Shown: in pieces, positions 34,124-43,906 of the stretch
Position numbering within the stretch: position 1 is the first letter of the stretch
Layout of the letters: each line of letters starts with the position of its first letter
DNA from: Nemertoderma westbladi
Taxonomy: Eukaryota; Animalia; Xenacoelomorpha
Length of the DNA: 43,906 nt
Direction: 5' to 3'
Assembly (NCBI GenBank): GCA_032718475.1
Contig: JAUCBJ010002939.1
Span: 1 to 43,906, forward strand
The notes under the pieces: model-generated
What the model was told of the DNA's origin: nothing
The model's database searches: none
What the model saw: only the letters and a program-made list of their open reading frames with translations
Translations under genes and position numbers: made by a program

Positions 34124-36685
34124 GTAAATGAGTATGAATTGGTAAAGAGGGAAGCAGAGCGGGACCACTTGGCTACGGCGCAGAGGTTTACAGCAGCCCA
34201 ACAAAGCGCTAAACAGCTCTACGCAAAGAACAAACGCGCCATCATTAAATCTAAATCGTATTTTGACCAGAAAGCCGTTTATATCGACACTTTGGAACAA
34301 CATAAACTCAAGATCGAAGCGTTAAGTAGAGAAGTTCGAGTCGCAAAACAGGTTTACTCTGAAACGCTGCAGCGGTTGAATTCCATCAGCGAAGAGATAC
34401 ATCGGCGCAGAGAGGAGCGACGAGCTAGGAAGGGAGGTAGGGGGATTGGTGTGGGCAGCGAGAATCCATCCCCGTGCTGCAATCTACGGGATAGTTGCGA
34501 TGAAACCCCGCAATCCGAAGTTTCAGTTAAACCTATTAGTGATTCCGTTTGTGATTCGCAGACTTTATCCACCGATGTTTGTTCACATTCCAGTATAAAT
34601 AAATCTTTTGATCAGGAATCTAAGACCAATAAATCTGATGATCATAACCTTCATAGCATTACCTCTCCCGATCATGATTTAGACATCAGTGACTCGCCTG
34701 GCCATGATTCTCGAGTCAGTAATTTCCCACCCCAAAACTCAACGACCAGTGATTCATTTGGCCACTGCCTGCAACCCTCTAGCTCGCTAGTATCGTATGA
34801 CGAACCTGATGAAATCAACGTACCGACGGCATCCGATTCAACTAAATGTGCAATAGAACAATCTCCGCCCGCTGTTGTTCAGTCTATGGATGTAGGAGCA
34901 ACGAGGTACGGAATGGAAGCCGCAGTGCTGGAAAGTGGCGATAAACTAAATCGAGGCGTATCGACCTTGGTCTCAATGGTACACAACACGGCGCCTCCCG
35001 AACCCAGCTCAATGGCTCACGAACCCAACCAGTCGGCTCATGAACCCAAGTCGTTGGCTCACGAACTCAACGTGTTGTCTCCCGAACCCAACTCTTCCGC
35101 TTACGAACCCAACTCGTTGGCTCACGAACACAACACGTCTGCTCACGAATCCAACTCGTTGGCTCACGAACCCTACTCGTTGGCTCACGAACACAACTCA
35201 TCTGCTCACGAACCCAACTCCTTGGCTCGCGAACCCAACTCGTTGGCTCACGAACTAAAATTGTTGGCTCCCGAACCCAACTCATCCGCTCACGAACCCA
35301 ACTCGTTGGCTCACGAACACCACTCGTCTGCTCACGAACCCTTAACGTCGGGTCACGAACAAAACACATTGGCTCACGAACACAACTCTTTGGCTCACGA
35401 ACCCAACTCGTTGCCTGACGAACCCAACTTGTTAGCTCCCGAACCAAACTCGTTGGCACCCATACCCAACTCGCTGGCTCACGAACCCAACTCGTTAGCT
35501 CCTGAACCAAACTCGTTGGCTCCCGAACCCAATCCGTTGGCTCACGAACTCAAATTGTTGGATCCCGAAACCAACTCATCCGCTCACGAACCCAACTTGT
35601 TGGCTCTCGAACACAACTCGTCTGCTCACGAACCCCTCACGTCGACTCACGAACCCAACTCGTCGGCTCACGAACCCAACTCCTTGGGTCCCGAACCTAA
35701 CTCGTTGGCTCCCGAACCCATCTCGTTGGCTCACGAACCCAACTCGTCGACACACGAACCCAATCCGTTGGCTCACGAACCCAACTCGTCTGCTGACGAA
35801 CCCAACCCGTTGGCTGACGAAACCGACTCGTTGGCTGACGAACTCAACTCGTCGGTTCACGAACCCAACTCGTCGACACACGAACCCAATCCGTTGGCTC
35901 ACGAACCCAACTCGTCTGCTCACGAACCCAACTCTTCGGCTCACGAACACAACTCGTTGGCTCACGAACCCAACTCGTCGGCTCACGAACCAAACTCGTC
36001 GGCTCTCGAACCCAATCCGTTGGCCCACGAACCCAACTCATCTGCTCACGAACCCAACTCTTCGGCTCACGACCCCAACTCGTGGGCTCACGAACCCAAC
36101 TCGTCGGTTCACGAACCCAATTCGTCGGCTCGTGAACCCAGCTCATTGGCTCACGAACCTAACTCGCCCCAACATTTTACTGAGTTCCAGAGTTTCGCGT
36201 CGTTTCCTCCCGTTAACCCGAGTTTGTCGGTTGTGAGTTGGCCCCGTCTCCCACCCCCGACTGCTCCCAGACCCAATCCGTCGTCCCACGAACCATCCCG
36301 ACGTCCGTCTGTCTCTCTCGTCTGCCGCGCGGCGACGCCACTCTCCGAGGCGATCGGTTCTCTCTCCGACGAGGAGGACGGAGGACTACAGAATAAACCC
36401 TACGTGAAACTGAGCGCTCGCGAGGCCCGTAACCTCGGACGGTTGCGTTCATTATCAGCGGCGGTCGAACCCACGGCGGAAACGCGAACGGCCTCACTCG
36501 CAAACAAACGGAAGTCCGAAACCCGACTGGCGATTCGATTCTCCACTCCGAGCCTCGATGCAGCGAAGCCTAGGAGTTGGTCGGAGATTCTACCGTCTTC
36601 GACTATTTTCGAACCACTTCGCGCCTCTAATGTTCCGTCATCTACACGAACTGATGAACCCATTGATGAAGAATCTTACGCATAA
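34124..36685 (+). CDS. SH3BP5L: SH3BP5-like, coding exon 4 (coiled-coil end plus long low-complexity tail)
   Basis: Acceptor TTTTTCCTGCGCGCAG|; VNEYELVKREAERDH...RAIIKSKSYF...YSETLQRLNSISEEIHRRR fits the family's AI.KSRPYF / YS..L..L..ISE.IH..R motifs. Joined CDS 2985 nt = 994 aa if the tail is unspliced. Confidence 0.88.
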   Translation, partial: VNEYELVKREAERDHLATAQRFTAAQQSAKQLYAKNKRAIIKSKSYFDQKAVYIDTLEQHKLKIEALSREVRVAKQVYSETLQRLNSISEEIHRRREERRARKGGRGIGVGSENPSPCCNLRDSCDETPQSEVSVKPISDSVCDSQTLSTDVCSHSSINKSFDQESKTNKSDDHNLHSITSPDHDLDISDSPGHDSRVSNFPPQNSTTSDSFGHCLQPSSSLVSYDEPDEINVPTASDSTKCAIEQSPPAVVQSMDVGATRYGMEAAVLESGDKLNRGVSTLVSMVHNTAPPEPSSMAHEPNQSAHEPKSLAHELNVLSPEPNSSAYEPNSLAHEHNTSAHESNSLAHEPYSLAHEHNSSAHEPNSLAREPNSLAHELKLLAPEPNSSAHEPNSLAHEHHSSAHEPLTSGHEQNTLAHEHNSLAHEPNSLPDEPNLLAPEPNSLAPIPNSLAHEPNSLAPEPNSLAPEPNPLAHELKLLDPETNSSAHEPNLLALEHNSSAHEPLTSTHEPNSSAHEPNSLGPEPNSLAPEPISLAHEPNSSTHEPNPLAHEPNSSADEPNPLADETDSLADELNSSVHEPNSSTHEPNPLAHEPNSSAHEPNSSAHEHNSLAHEPNSSAHEPNSSALEPNPLAHEPNSSAHEPNSSAHDPNSWAHEPNSSVHEPNSSAREPSSLAHEPNSPQHFTEFQSFASFPPVNPSLSVVSWPRLPPPTAPRPNPSSHEPSRRPSVSLVCRAATPLSEAIGSLSDEEDGGLQNKPYVKLSAREARNLGRLRSLSAAVEPTAETRTASLANKRKSETRLAIRFSTPSLDAAKPRSWSEILPSSTIFEPLRASNVPSSTRTDEPIDEESYA
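35010..36168 (+). repeat. In-frame 21-bp repeat (GCTCACGAACCCAACTCGTTG; AHEPNSL/S) x ~55
   Basis: Continuous within the exon 4 reading frame, no stop or frameshift. Confidence 0.93.
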
Positions 36686-37435
36686 TATGTTTCTCATAAA
36701 GGATGGAAAGGCGACGCATAAAGCGTGAAACATCTTTACCACAAAAAATACTTTCCGAATATTTCTATATATTGTCTCCAATGTTGTGCTAGTTTTAGAT
36801 TGCAATTATTTTCTTTTTCGTTTCAAAAGTTTTTATTTTTATTAAATTATATTTTACATTTAAATTATTCTGCAATTGGAATGTCTGTAAATAATGGCTA
36901 ATACATCCTTCTTTACCTTTTAATTAATTTACTTTACTATTTAAAATAATTAGGGGAAGGTGTGAGGAAAGGTAATTTACATAGAGAAGAGTGCAGTGAG
37001 GAAAGTGGGGTGTGGGGTATGGCCACTGGTAACAAAAGGTAAGTCTATTGCAAACGCTACGCCTCTGAGCAAGAGGAGAACAGAGACCGCCATTGATAGT
37101 GTCTAGAGTAGAGATTCTGTGGCATTGTGACAGGCACAGTAAGTAGTGTTGCATAGATGCATTAAAGAATTCAAAATCCCCCCCCCCCCCCCCCCCTCAT
37201 CCTCTCCCTTAAATATGGTGGGTAAGAGTGGGCGATCATATGATATCATATACCGAAATTATTGTTATGAAATAATGAAACTGTGATATTACGTTAAATT
37301 CAATATAGATTAAAAAATTTTATGAATAAAAGGCAAAGATAACAATTATTGTATTAATTTAGCACCATTAATTAGTAGATTACACTGCTGTAATTATTCC
37401 GTTAGTTCGTTCCGGTAACGTTGACGATCCCATCT

Positions 37436-37574
37436 CTACGCTTCTACTGTGTCATCTTCCTCACTTTCCATCAACGCTTCGAAATCATCCCTTTTCTGTA
37501 TGTTTAGCACAACCTTTGGTTGAATTTGAGTCGGAATTGTGTCAGGTTCGGATACATCAGTTGTTCGAACCTCA
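37436..37574 (-). CDS. Terminal coding exon of an unidentified single-pass membrane protein
   Basis: Acceptor ATGATTTAG|, phase matches the preceding exon; (S)EVRTTDVSEPDTIPTQIQPKVVLNIQKRDDFEALMESEEDDTVEA*. Confidence 0.7.
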
Positions 37575-37996
37575 CTAAATCATTAAATAAATAACGTATT
37601 ATCTTGCATCACATTCACATTACCCCACAACACTACATTCATAATACTTTAGACACAAACTCAATTTAGGCCCTTTGCGCAGCGCAGATTGTTACTGGTA
37701 GATTGCTCTACATTATCTCCAACTTATTGTTCCAGATACTGTAGTTGATCATTGCACAAGCTCATTCCGTTAGGGTGTTGTCAAGGTCAGCCAATTCTAG
37801 ACTTCCCCTATAGAGTCCGGACAGAAATACTAACCCAGTAAGACAACAAGTTCAACAAACAGCAAGCTGAAAGCATTGGATTTGCCATGATTTTTATATA
37901 ATAATGTCGTTTGTATTGGCTGTTTGTTCCATATGCCTATACAGCTCATTTCACAAGTTCAAATCCTTTCCATGCAGTGCCATACCTCACTCCACA

Positions 37997-38058
37997 ACAC
38001 CCCTACGTCGTTCCAGGCAGTTTCAACCACCCCGTTCCACATAGTTCCATACACCCCT
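37997..38058. repeat. Orphan unit of the 54-bp satellite, separated from its array by a transposon insertion
   Basis: ACACCCCTACGTCGTTCCAGGCAGTTTCAACCACCCCGTTCCACATAGTTCCATACACCCCT matches the unit at 41216 onward. Confidence 0.9.
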
Positions 38059-41000
38059 GGCTCAAAATCACAAAAAGTGGCCAAAAAAATTATTAAAAAA
38101 AAAAAAGTTTCCCAAAGTATGTAATATTATATATCACCAGAAAGCTCTTGATGCGCTGAATTCAATGGTGGTAATTTCCCAATAGCCCCGACCTCATGGT
38201 AACAAATAATTGAGAAAAACAGATGTCCATTCCTGTAACACTTGTCCCACAATGTAACGCCCGATATCAGCCAATCAGAGCCCTTGAATGGCGATTTCCG
38301 ATGCCTGTAACAATTTGTCCCACCATGTAACACCAGTTGTAATTACACTGAAATGTTAAATTAACATAGATTTCGTCTCTGAGTGGGAGCTATGCAGCCA
38401 TTCCTTATCCCAGTAACACATCCCAATGAAGCTTATTTGAAAATAAAATCAATCATAATAAATCTTTATGGTCCCCATTTCTGGAAAAATTATAAAATAT
38501 TATAGTTTATCAAATAAATATAAAGAGTTTTATTTTTAAATTTTAACCACTTTTAGGTACTTTAGTGACGATTTATATGAAAATTCACAAAGTATGACGA
38601 GTTTATTACCGAGTTTATAACTGTATATCACTATGGCTGAGCAGTTAGTCAAAACCTATAAATTGTTCATCAGTTTCATCTCCACCCTCCACAGAACCTC
38701 CTGTACTCCCCACTCCATCTTCTACACCCTCCATAGATTCTCCTGTATTCCAAACGTTATCTTGTATAGCCGCCACGGATCTTCCCATACCCCCCACTCC
38801 TTCAAAACCTGTAAATTGTTCATTATCACTTTCATCCCCACCCTCCACAGATCCACCTGTACCTTCCACTCCATCTTCCCCACCCTCCTCAGATCATCCT
38901 GTACTTCTCACCCTGTCTCCCACACCCTCCACAGATCCTCCTGTACTTCTCACCCTGTCCCCCCCCCCACACCCTCCACAAATCTTCCTGTACTTCTCAC
39001 CCTGTCTCCCACACCCTCCCCAGATCCTCATGTACGTCCCACTCCGTCTCCCACACCCTCCACAGATCCTCCTGTACTTCTCACCCTGCCTCCTACACCC
39101 TCCACAGATCCTCCTGTACTTCTCACCCTGTCTCCCACGCCCTCCACAGATCCTCCTGTACTTCCCACTCCGTCTACCACACCCTCCACAGATCATCCTG
39201 TACTTCCCACTCCGTCTCCCACACCCTCCACAGATCCTCCTGTACTTTTCACCCTGTCTCCCACACCCTCCACAGATCCTCCTGTACTTCTCACTCCGTC
39301 TCCCACACCCTCCACAGATCCTCCCATAGCTCCCACTCCGTCTCCCTCACCCTCCACAGATCCTCCTGTACTTCCCACTCCGTCTCCCACACCCTCCACA
39401 GATCATCCTGTACTTCCCACTCCGTCTCCCACACCCTCCACAGATCCTCCTGTACTTCCCACTCCGTCCCCCACACCCTCCACAGATCCTCCTGTACTTT
39501 TCACCCTGTCTCCCACACCCTCCACAGATCCTCCTGTACTTTTCACTCCTGTCTCCCACACCCTCCACAGATCCTCCTGTACTTTTCATCCTGTCTCCCA
39601 CACCCTCCACAGATCCTCCCATTCTCCACTCGCACCTCTACGTACTGCTCTCGCACTAACTACTCCTCTCGCTCCTCCAACTGCTCCCCTTCCACATCTA
39701 CCTTTTCCCCTCGCACCTCCAACTGCTCCACTTGCACCTCTACCTTTTCCCCTCACACCTCCAACTGCTCCTCTTGCACTTCTACCTTTTCCCCTCGCAC
39801 CTCCAACTGCTCCCCTTGCACCTCTACCTTTTCCCCTCACACCTCCAACTGCTCCCCTTGCACCTCTATTTTTTTCCCTCCCACCTCTAACTGCTCCCCT
39901 CACGGAGCTCCCAATCTCCCTCTCCCAATCGCAGAAGATAGATCTAAGATGGACCGCATTCCATATAAGACAGATCAGTATTATTAGTCCTATTTTTATT
40001 TACTATCAGTATCTTGATACCGGAACGGCAAGCTGATGTCTAATAAGTAATGAAATGTGGTCTCTATTCTATACCGTAGTCACATAGTGTCTGTATCAGT
40101 GTCTTATAACTGGTTCTGGTTAGGATTAGTTTGTTTAGTAGTCAATAGTAAACTCTATGCACTGCGCAGATCTGTAGATCCAATAACTTCGAATCAAACG
40201 CAATAAAGAGGCAGCACTGATACTGTTACCGGTACTACTGTAGGTAGGTAAGTACCAATTCACAGTTAATACTGCTGTTCTGTGTGCATGACCTACAGTC
40301 TTATCAATATTATAAAGTCTGCACTACTAAAGTGTTACAGGTGAGACATGTCCCATTCTGTAGCCCTAAATTATTCGATTTACATGTTACATGTGGGACG
40401 TCCCGCCTTGTAACGATTTTTTGTGTTACAGGCTTTTGTTACAGGTGGGACAAAGCTCATGCTGATAAATGTAAAAGCAACTAAAGTCTATTCCACAGTC
40501 AATTGTTGCCACAAATGATTACTCACGCAAAAGACCAAGAACTTGGCTATCTTCTGATATTTGAATCTTCATATCAAGTTTGTTAGAACTGATTCTAGAG
40601 CATGGTAAACCAGTGCACTTGGTGTTACACATGGGACAATCCTAATTGACATAATCGACTCGCACGTATAAAACCAGCCATTATCTCTGGTTGTGTTTAG
40701 TATTTTTTCGTAAAATCTGGAACATTCCACTTCTTGAAGATTTTCCTTTCAAATAAGAATTTAGTTTATAGAATCCAAATAAAAACCTATTGGTGAATTC
40801 AGTTGTTACCGTTTGGGACAAGTAATTGTCAAAAATATGGGTATATTATCTATTGTTTTATTTAAATATGATATCAATAAAACAATTTGGGAGTTATTCC
40901 ATTGCATTCCTCTATTATTTAGCTTTAAAATGAGCTATAACTTGTTGAAATACACCCAGTAGATGTCAAAATACATCCATCAGAAAACAATCAACTTTTT

Positions 41001-41215
41001 TGGACAATTGAAAAACCTGCATTTTTTAATACTAAAAGGTCTGTAAAATCTTTCAAAGTCGGAGTGACAGTATGATTTTTTGTGCATCTATGTTGGACCA
41101 TAAAATTATCTTCAAAAATATATATAACTTTACTAGGTTCCAAAAAAAATTTCATTCTAAAATTAAGTCGAATCGTGTGGGAAACGTTTTGGGCCACTTT
41201 TTGTGGGTTTGGGCC
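38059..41215. mobile_element. Non-autonomous DNA transposon, ~29-bp imperfect TIRs, 4-bp TSD CCCT
   Basis: CCCT|GGCTCAAAATCACAAAAAGTGGCCAAAAA ... TTTTGGGCCACTTTTTGTGGGTTTGGGCC|CCCT; removing it restores an intact satellite unit; inverted subterminal TGTCCCA/TGGGACA motifs. Confidence 0.85.
38670..39925. repeat. Two abutting pyrimidine-rich 42-bp minisatellites inside the TIR element
   Basis: CACACCCTCCACAGATCCTCCTGTACTTCCCACTCCGTCTCC to ~39625, then CCTCTACCTTTTCCCCTCGCACCTCCAACTGCTCCCCTTGCA to ~39925. Confidence 0.92.
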
Positions 41216-42115
41216 CCCTACGTCGTTCCGCGCAGTTACAAACACCCCGTTCTACACAGTTCCATACACCCCTTCGTCGCTCCGCGCAGTTTCAAACACC
41301 CCGTTCCACACACCCCTACGTCGTTCAGCGCAGTTACAAACACCCCGTTCCACATAGTTCCATACACCCCTACGTCGTTCCGCGCAGTTACAAACATCCC
41401 GTTCCACACAGTTCCATACACCCCTACGTCGTTCCGCGCAGTTTCAAACACCCCGTTCCACACACCCCTACGTCGTTCCGCGCAGTTACAAACATCCCGT
41501 TCCACACAGTTCCATACACCCCTACGTCGTTCCGCGCAGTTTCAAACACCCCGTTCCACACACCCCTACCTCGTTCCGCGCGCGTTTCAAACACCCCGTT
41601 CCACACAGTTCCATACACCCCTACGTCGTTCCGCGCAGTTTCAAACACCCCGTTCCACACAGTTCCATACACCCCTACGTCGTTCCGCGCAGTTTCAAAC
41701 ACCCCGTTCCACACAATTCCATACACCCCTACGTCGTTCCGCGCAGTTTCAAACACCCCGTTCCACACAGTTCCATACACCACTACGTCGTTCCGCGCAG
41801 TTTAAACACCCCGTTCCACACAGTTTCATACACCACTACGTCGTTCCGCGCAGTTTCAAACACCCCGTTCCACACAGTTCCATACACCACTACGTCGTTC
41901 CGCGCAGTTTAAACACCCCGTTCCACACAGTTTCATACACCACTACGTCGTTCCGCGCAGTTTCAAACACCCCGCTTCACATAGTTCCATACACCACTAC
42001 GTCGTTCCGCGCAGTTTCAAACACCCCGTTCCACACAGTTCCATACACCCTTACGTCGTTCCGCGCAGTTTCAAACACCTCGTTCCCCAGATCCATACAT
42101 CTCGTTCCACAGTTT
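41216..42115. repeat. 54-bp minisatellite with 44-bp variant
   Basis: TACGTCGTT at 41371, 41425, 41469 and onward; decays towards ~42210. Confidence 0.95.
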
Positions 42116-42286
42116 CATATAAGCCCAGTTGCACATCGATTCCCACAGATGCATGCAGCACCATTTTCGTTCCACGCCGTTTCATGCAGCACCATTTTGT
42201 TCCACAGATTTTGAAACACTACAAGCGACTGCAGTCCCAGAAAACTAAACGTCCAAGATGCAAATATGGTTTGTTTTCGAACTAAC

Positions 42287-42510
42287 CTGTAAGAATGTTC
42301 GTCCTCTGTCATCGATTTGGGATCCATGGATGAATGGAATTCGATGGAGACATTGTTTAACGATTCGCCGCCGTCCAATCTATCTGTCTCGTCTCGACTC
42401 CCGCCCCTCACGCAGTTCCAACCGTAGCCACGATATCGCGCCTGTCGCATCGCAACAAACGCAACAACACCGAATAAAACAGCCAGCGTTACCGATATTA
42501 TAATGGCTAT
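42287..42510 (-). CDS. Transmembrane exon of the single-pass membrane protein
   Basis: Acceptor ATCTTGCAG|; IAIIISVTLAVLFGVVAFVAM-RQARYR (hydrophobic helix plus basic stop-transfer); donor AG|GTTAGT; 224 nt, phase 0-2. Confidence 0.8.
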
Positions 42511-43010
42511 CTGCAAGATAATTATATGAATAGGAAATCGTACAAGTTTGTCTTTGATTAAAACATAAATACCGGGTTGATTAAACCGGAGACAGGATAC
42601 AGACCATCGATAGAGAAATCCGATTCCTTACTGGTTACTCGTACGGATTCTATAACCTGATTAAATTAATACTTTACCCGAGAAGCGAGAGACGCTACTA
42701 AAGCCAAACGCTCTCGGCACTTCGGCCAATTTCCGGCTGGGCAGACAGCGAGTCGAGTTATTGTGGGAGGGAAACCTAATAAGTTTAATGTAATGACTGG
42801 CTGAGGGTAAAGAATACTTTATGATAAATATAAATATAATATATTCAACACGCAAGAAATAACGTTATGACATTGAGCACCAGTTATACAGTATGTCTAC
42901 ACCGTAGGCCTAATTAAAACCTCTTTAAGAATCCCTATGTGATTTTAATCAGATTAAATGAAATGTTGAGCCATTTGCTTAATCTAATCTTTCACACATC
43001 TCCAGACGGG

Positions 43011-43102
43011 GTGGGGGGGGGGGGGTGGTGTGACGGGGCGGGGGGGGGGGGGTGGGGTAGGGGTGGTGTGGCGGGGGGGGAGGGTTGGGGTGGAGGGGTG
43101 GT
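43011..43102 (+). repeat. G-run tract (G-quadruplex-capable); a poly-C run follows at ~43266-43293
   Basis: Multiple runs of >=4 G within ~90 bp. Confidence 0.7.
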
Positions 43103-43265
43103 GAAGCAAGTCACATTTTGAAAATTAAAATTCAAATCACATCTCGTCTCATCATTATAAATTATTAATACACTATAAAGTATACACTATATATTTAATT
43201 TTGAATTTCTATCCTTTCCGTCGATTTTTACTGAAAGTGGGATGAATTTTGACTGCATAAAGACA

Positions 43266-43296
<31 letters not shown>

Positions 43297-43688
43297 ATTT
43301 ACATATCATTTAAGAAAAAAGGTGCCAATTATTTAATAATTATTTATTGTTTTAATAAACTTGGCTGTAGCATAATGTATAAATTAAATATCATAATTAC
43401 TACCGGTTAATACTGTAAGTACAGTATTTCCCATTAAAATTAATTTATAAAACTATGTCTAATAGATACCAATTAATAATAACAACATAAATTTAAAAGT
43501 TTTTTTTAGAATCACAAACAAAATGGCGCTATTTCTTTTTGAAACCCACATTTGAAAAACTACAACACACTGGCTTTAATAAAGCAGATATGTTAGATAT
43601 GGTTTCATATACATACAGTATATTTTGATATTTATACAATGAAATAATATTCACATTGTAACCATATACTCCAAACCACCACACTCAC

Positions 43689-43906
43689 CTTGTACACTCC
43701 GAAGTCATAGGCACTGCACACCAGATTGTTGCTATAAGTCTGATCGAAGTCTGTCACGGTTACTGCTGCGTCAGCTCGGCGGTGGAACTCAGATTGGTTG
43801 AGGTACCGGTCAGCTGTAGACATCGCTAAGTGCTGGTTGTCCGGGTGATCGAAGTATCGGTAGACTACCACAGTAGGTTGCTTACCGGGGCACCAAACCG
43901 AACGGT
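43689..43906 (-). CDS. Partial upstream (ectodomain) exon of the membrane protein
   Basis: Open from the window edge: RSVWCPGKQPTVVVYRYFDHPDNQHLAMST...NLVCSAYDFGVYK; donor AAG|GTGAGT, phase 0, compatible with the next exon. Confidence 0.78.

Noticed and set aside
35009-36663. Antisense and alternative-frame ORFs over exon 4
   Set aside because: By-products of the 21-bp repeat and GC-rich coding sequence.
38633-40036. 467-aa mucin/extensin-like PTPS ORF
   Set aside because: Produced by C-rich 42-bp repeats that rarely contain stops; it switches repeat frame internally and lies inside a TIR element in an opposite-strand intron. Not formally excluded without RNA data.
41072-42214. 380-aa and overlapping ORFs
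   Set aside because: Read across a transposon end into the 54/44-bp satellite; open in several frames.

Overview
Repeat-rich metazoan (invertebrate-like) genomic DNA with spliceosomal genes. A four-exon SH3BP5/SH3BP5L (parcas-type Rab11 GEF) gene lies on + (CDS 23184-36685). The last three coding exons of an unidentified single-pass membrane protein lie convergently on -. Mobile DNA includes the 5' part of a probable LTR retrotransposon (unlisted >=419-codon ORF running off the left edge), a disrupted CR1/L2-group LINE, a Penelope-like element with a hammerhead ribozyme, a tRNA-derived SINE and several non-autonomous TIR elements. Two patterns stand out. (1) Two consecutive SH3BP5L introns are filled by tandem arrays whose unit is the gene's own exon end plus 5' splice donor, giving hundreds of decoy donors; a third array may be the same thing on the - strand. 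(2) The 12-24 kb region is densely marked by what look like transposon excision footprints (5-bp duplication around CAG/CTG, TA-GGCC-TA, TA-CCGG-TA, and a P-type 32-bp scar). All alignments, translations and counts were done by eye; no database search was run.
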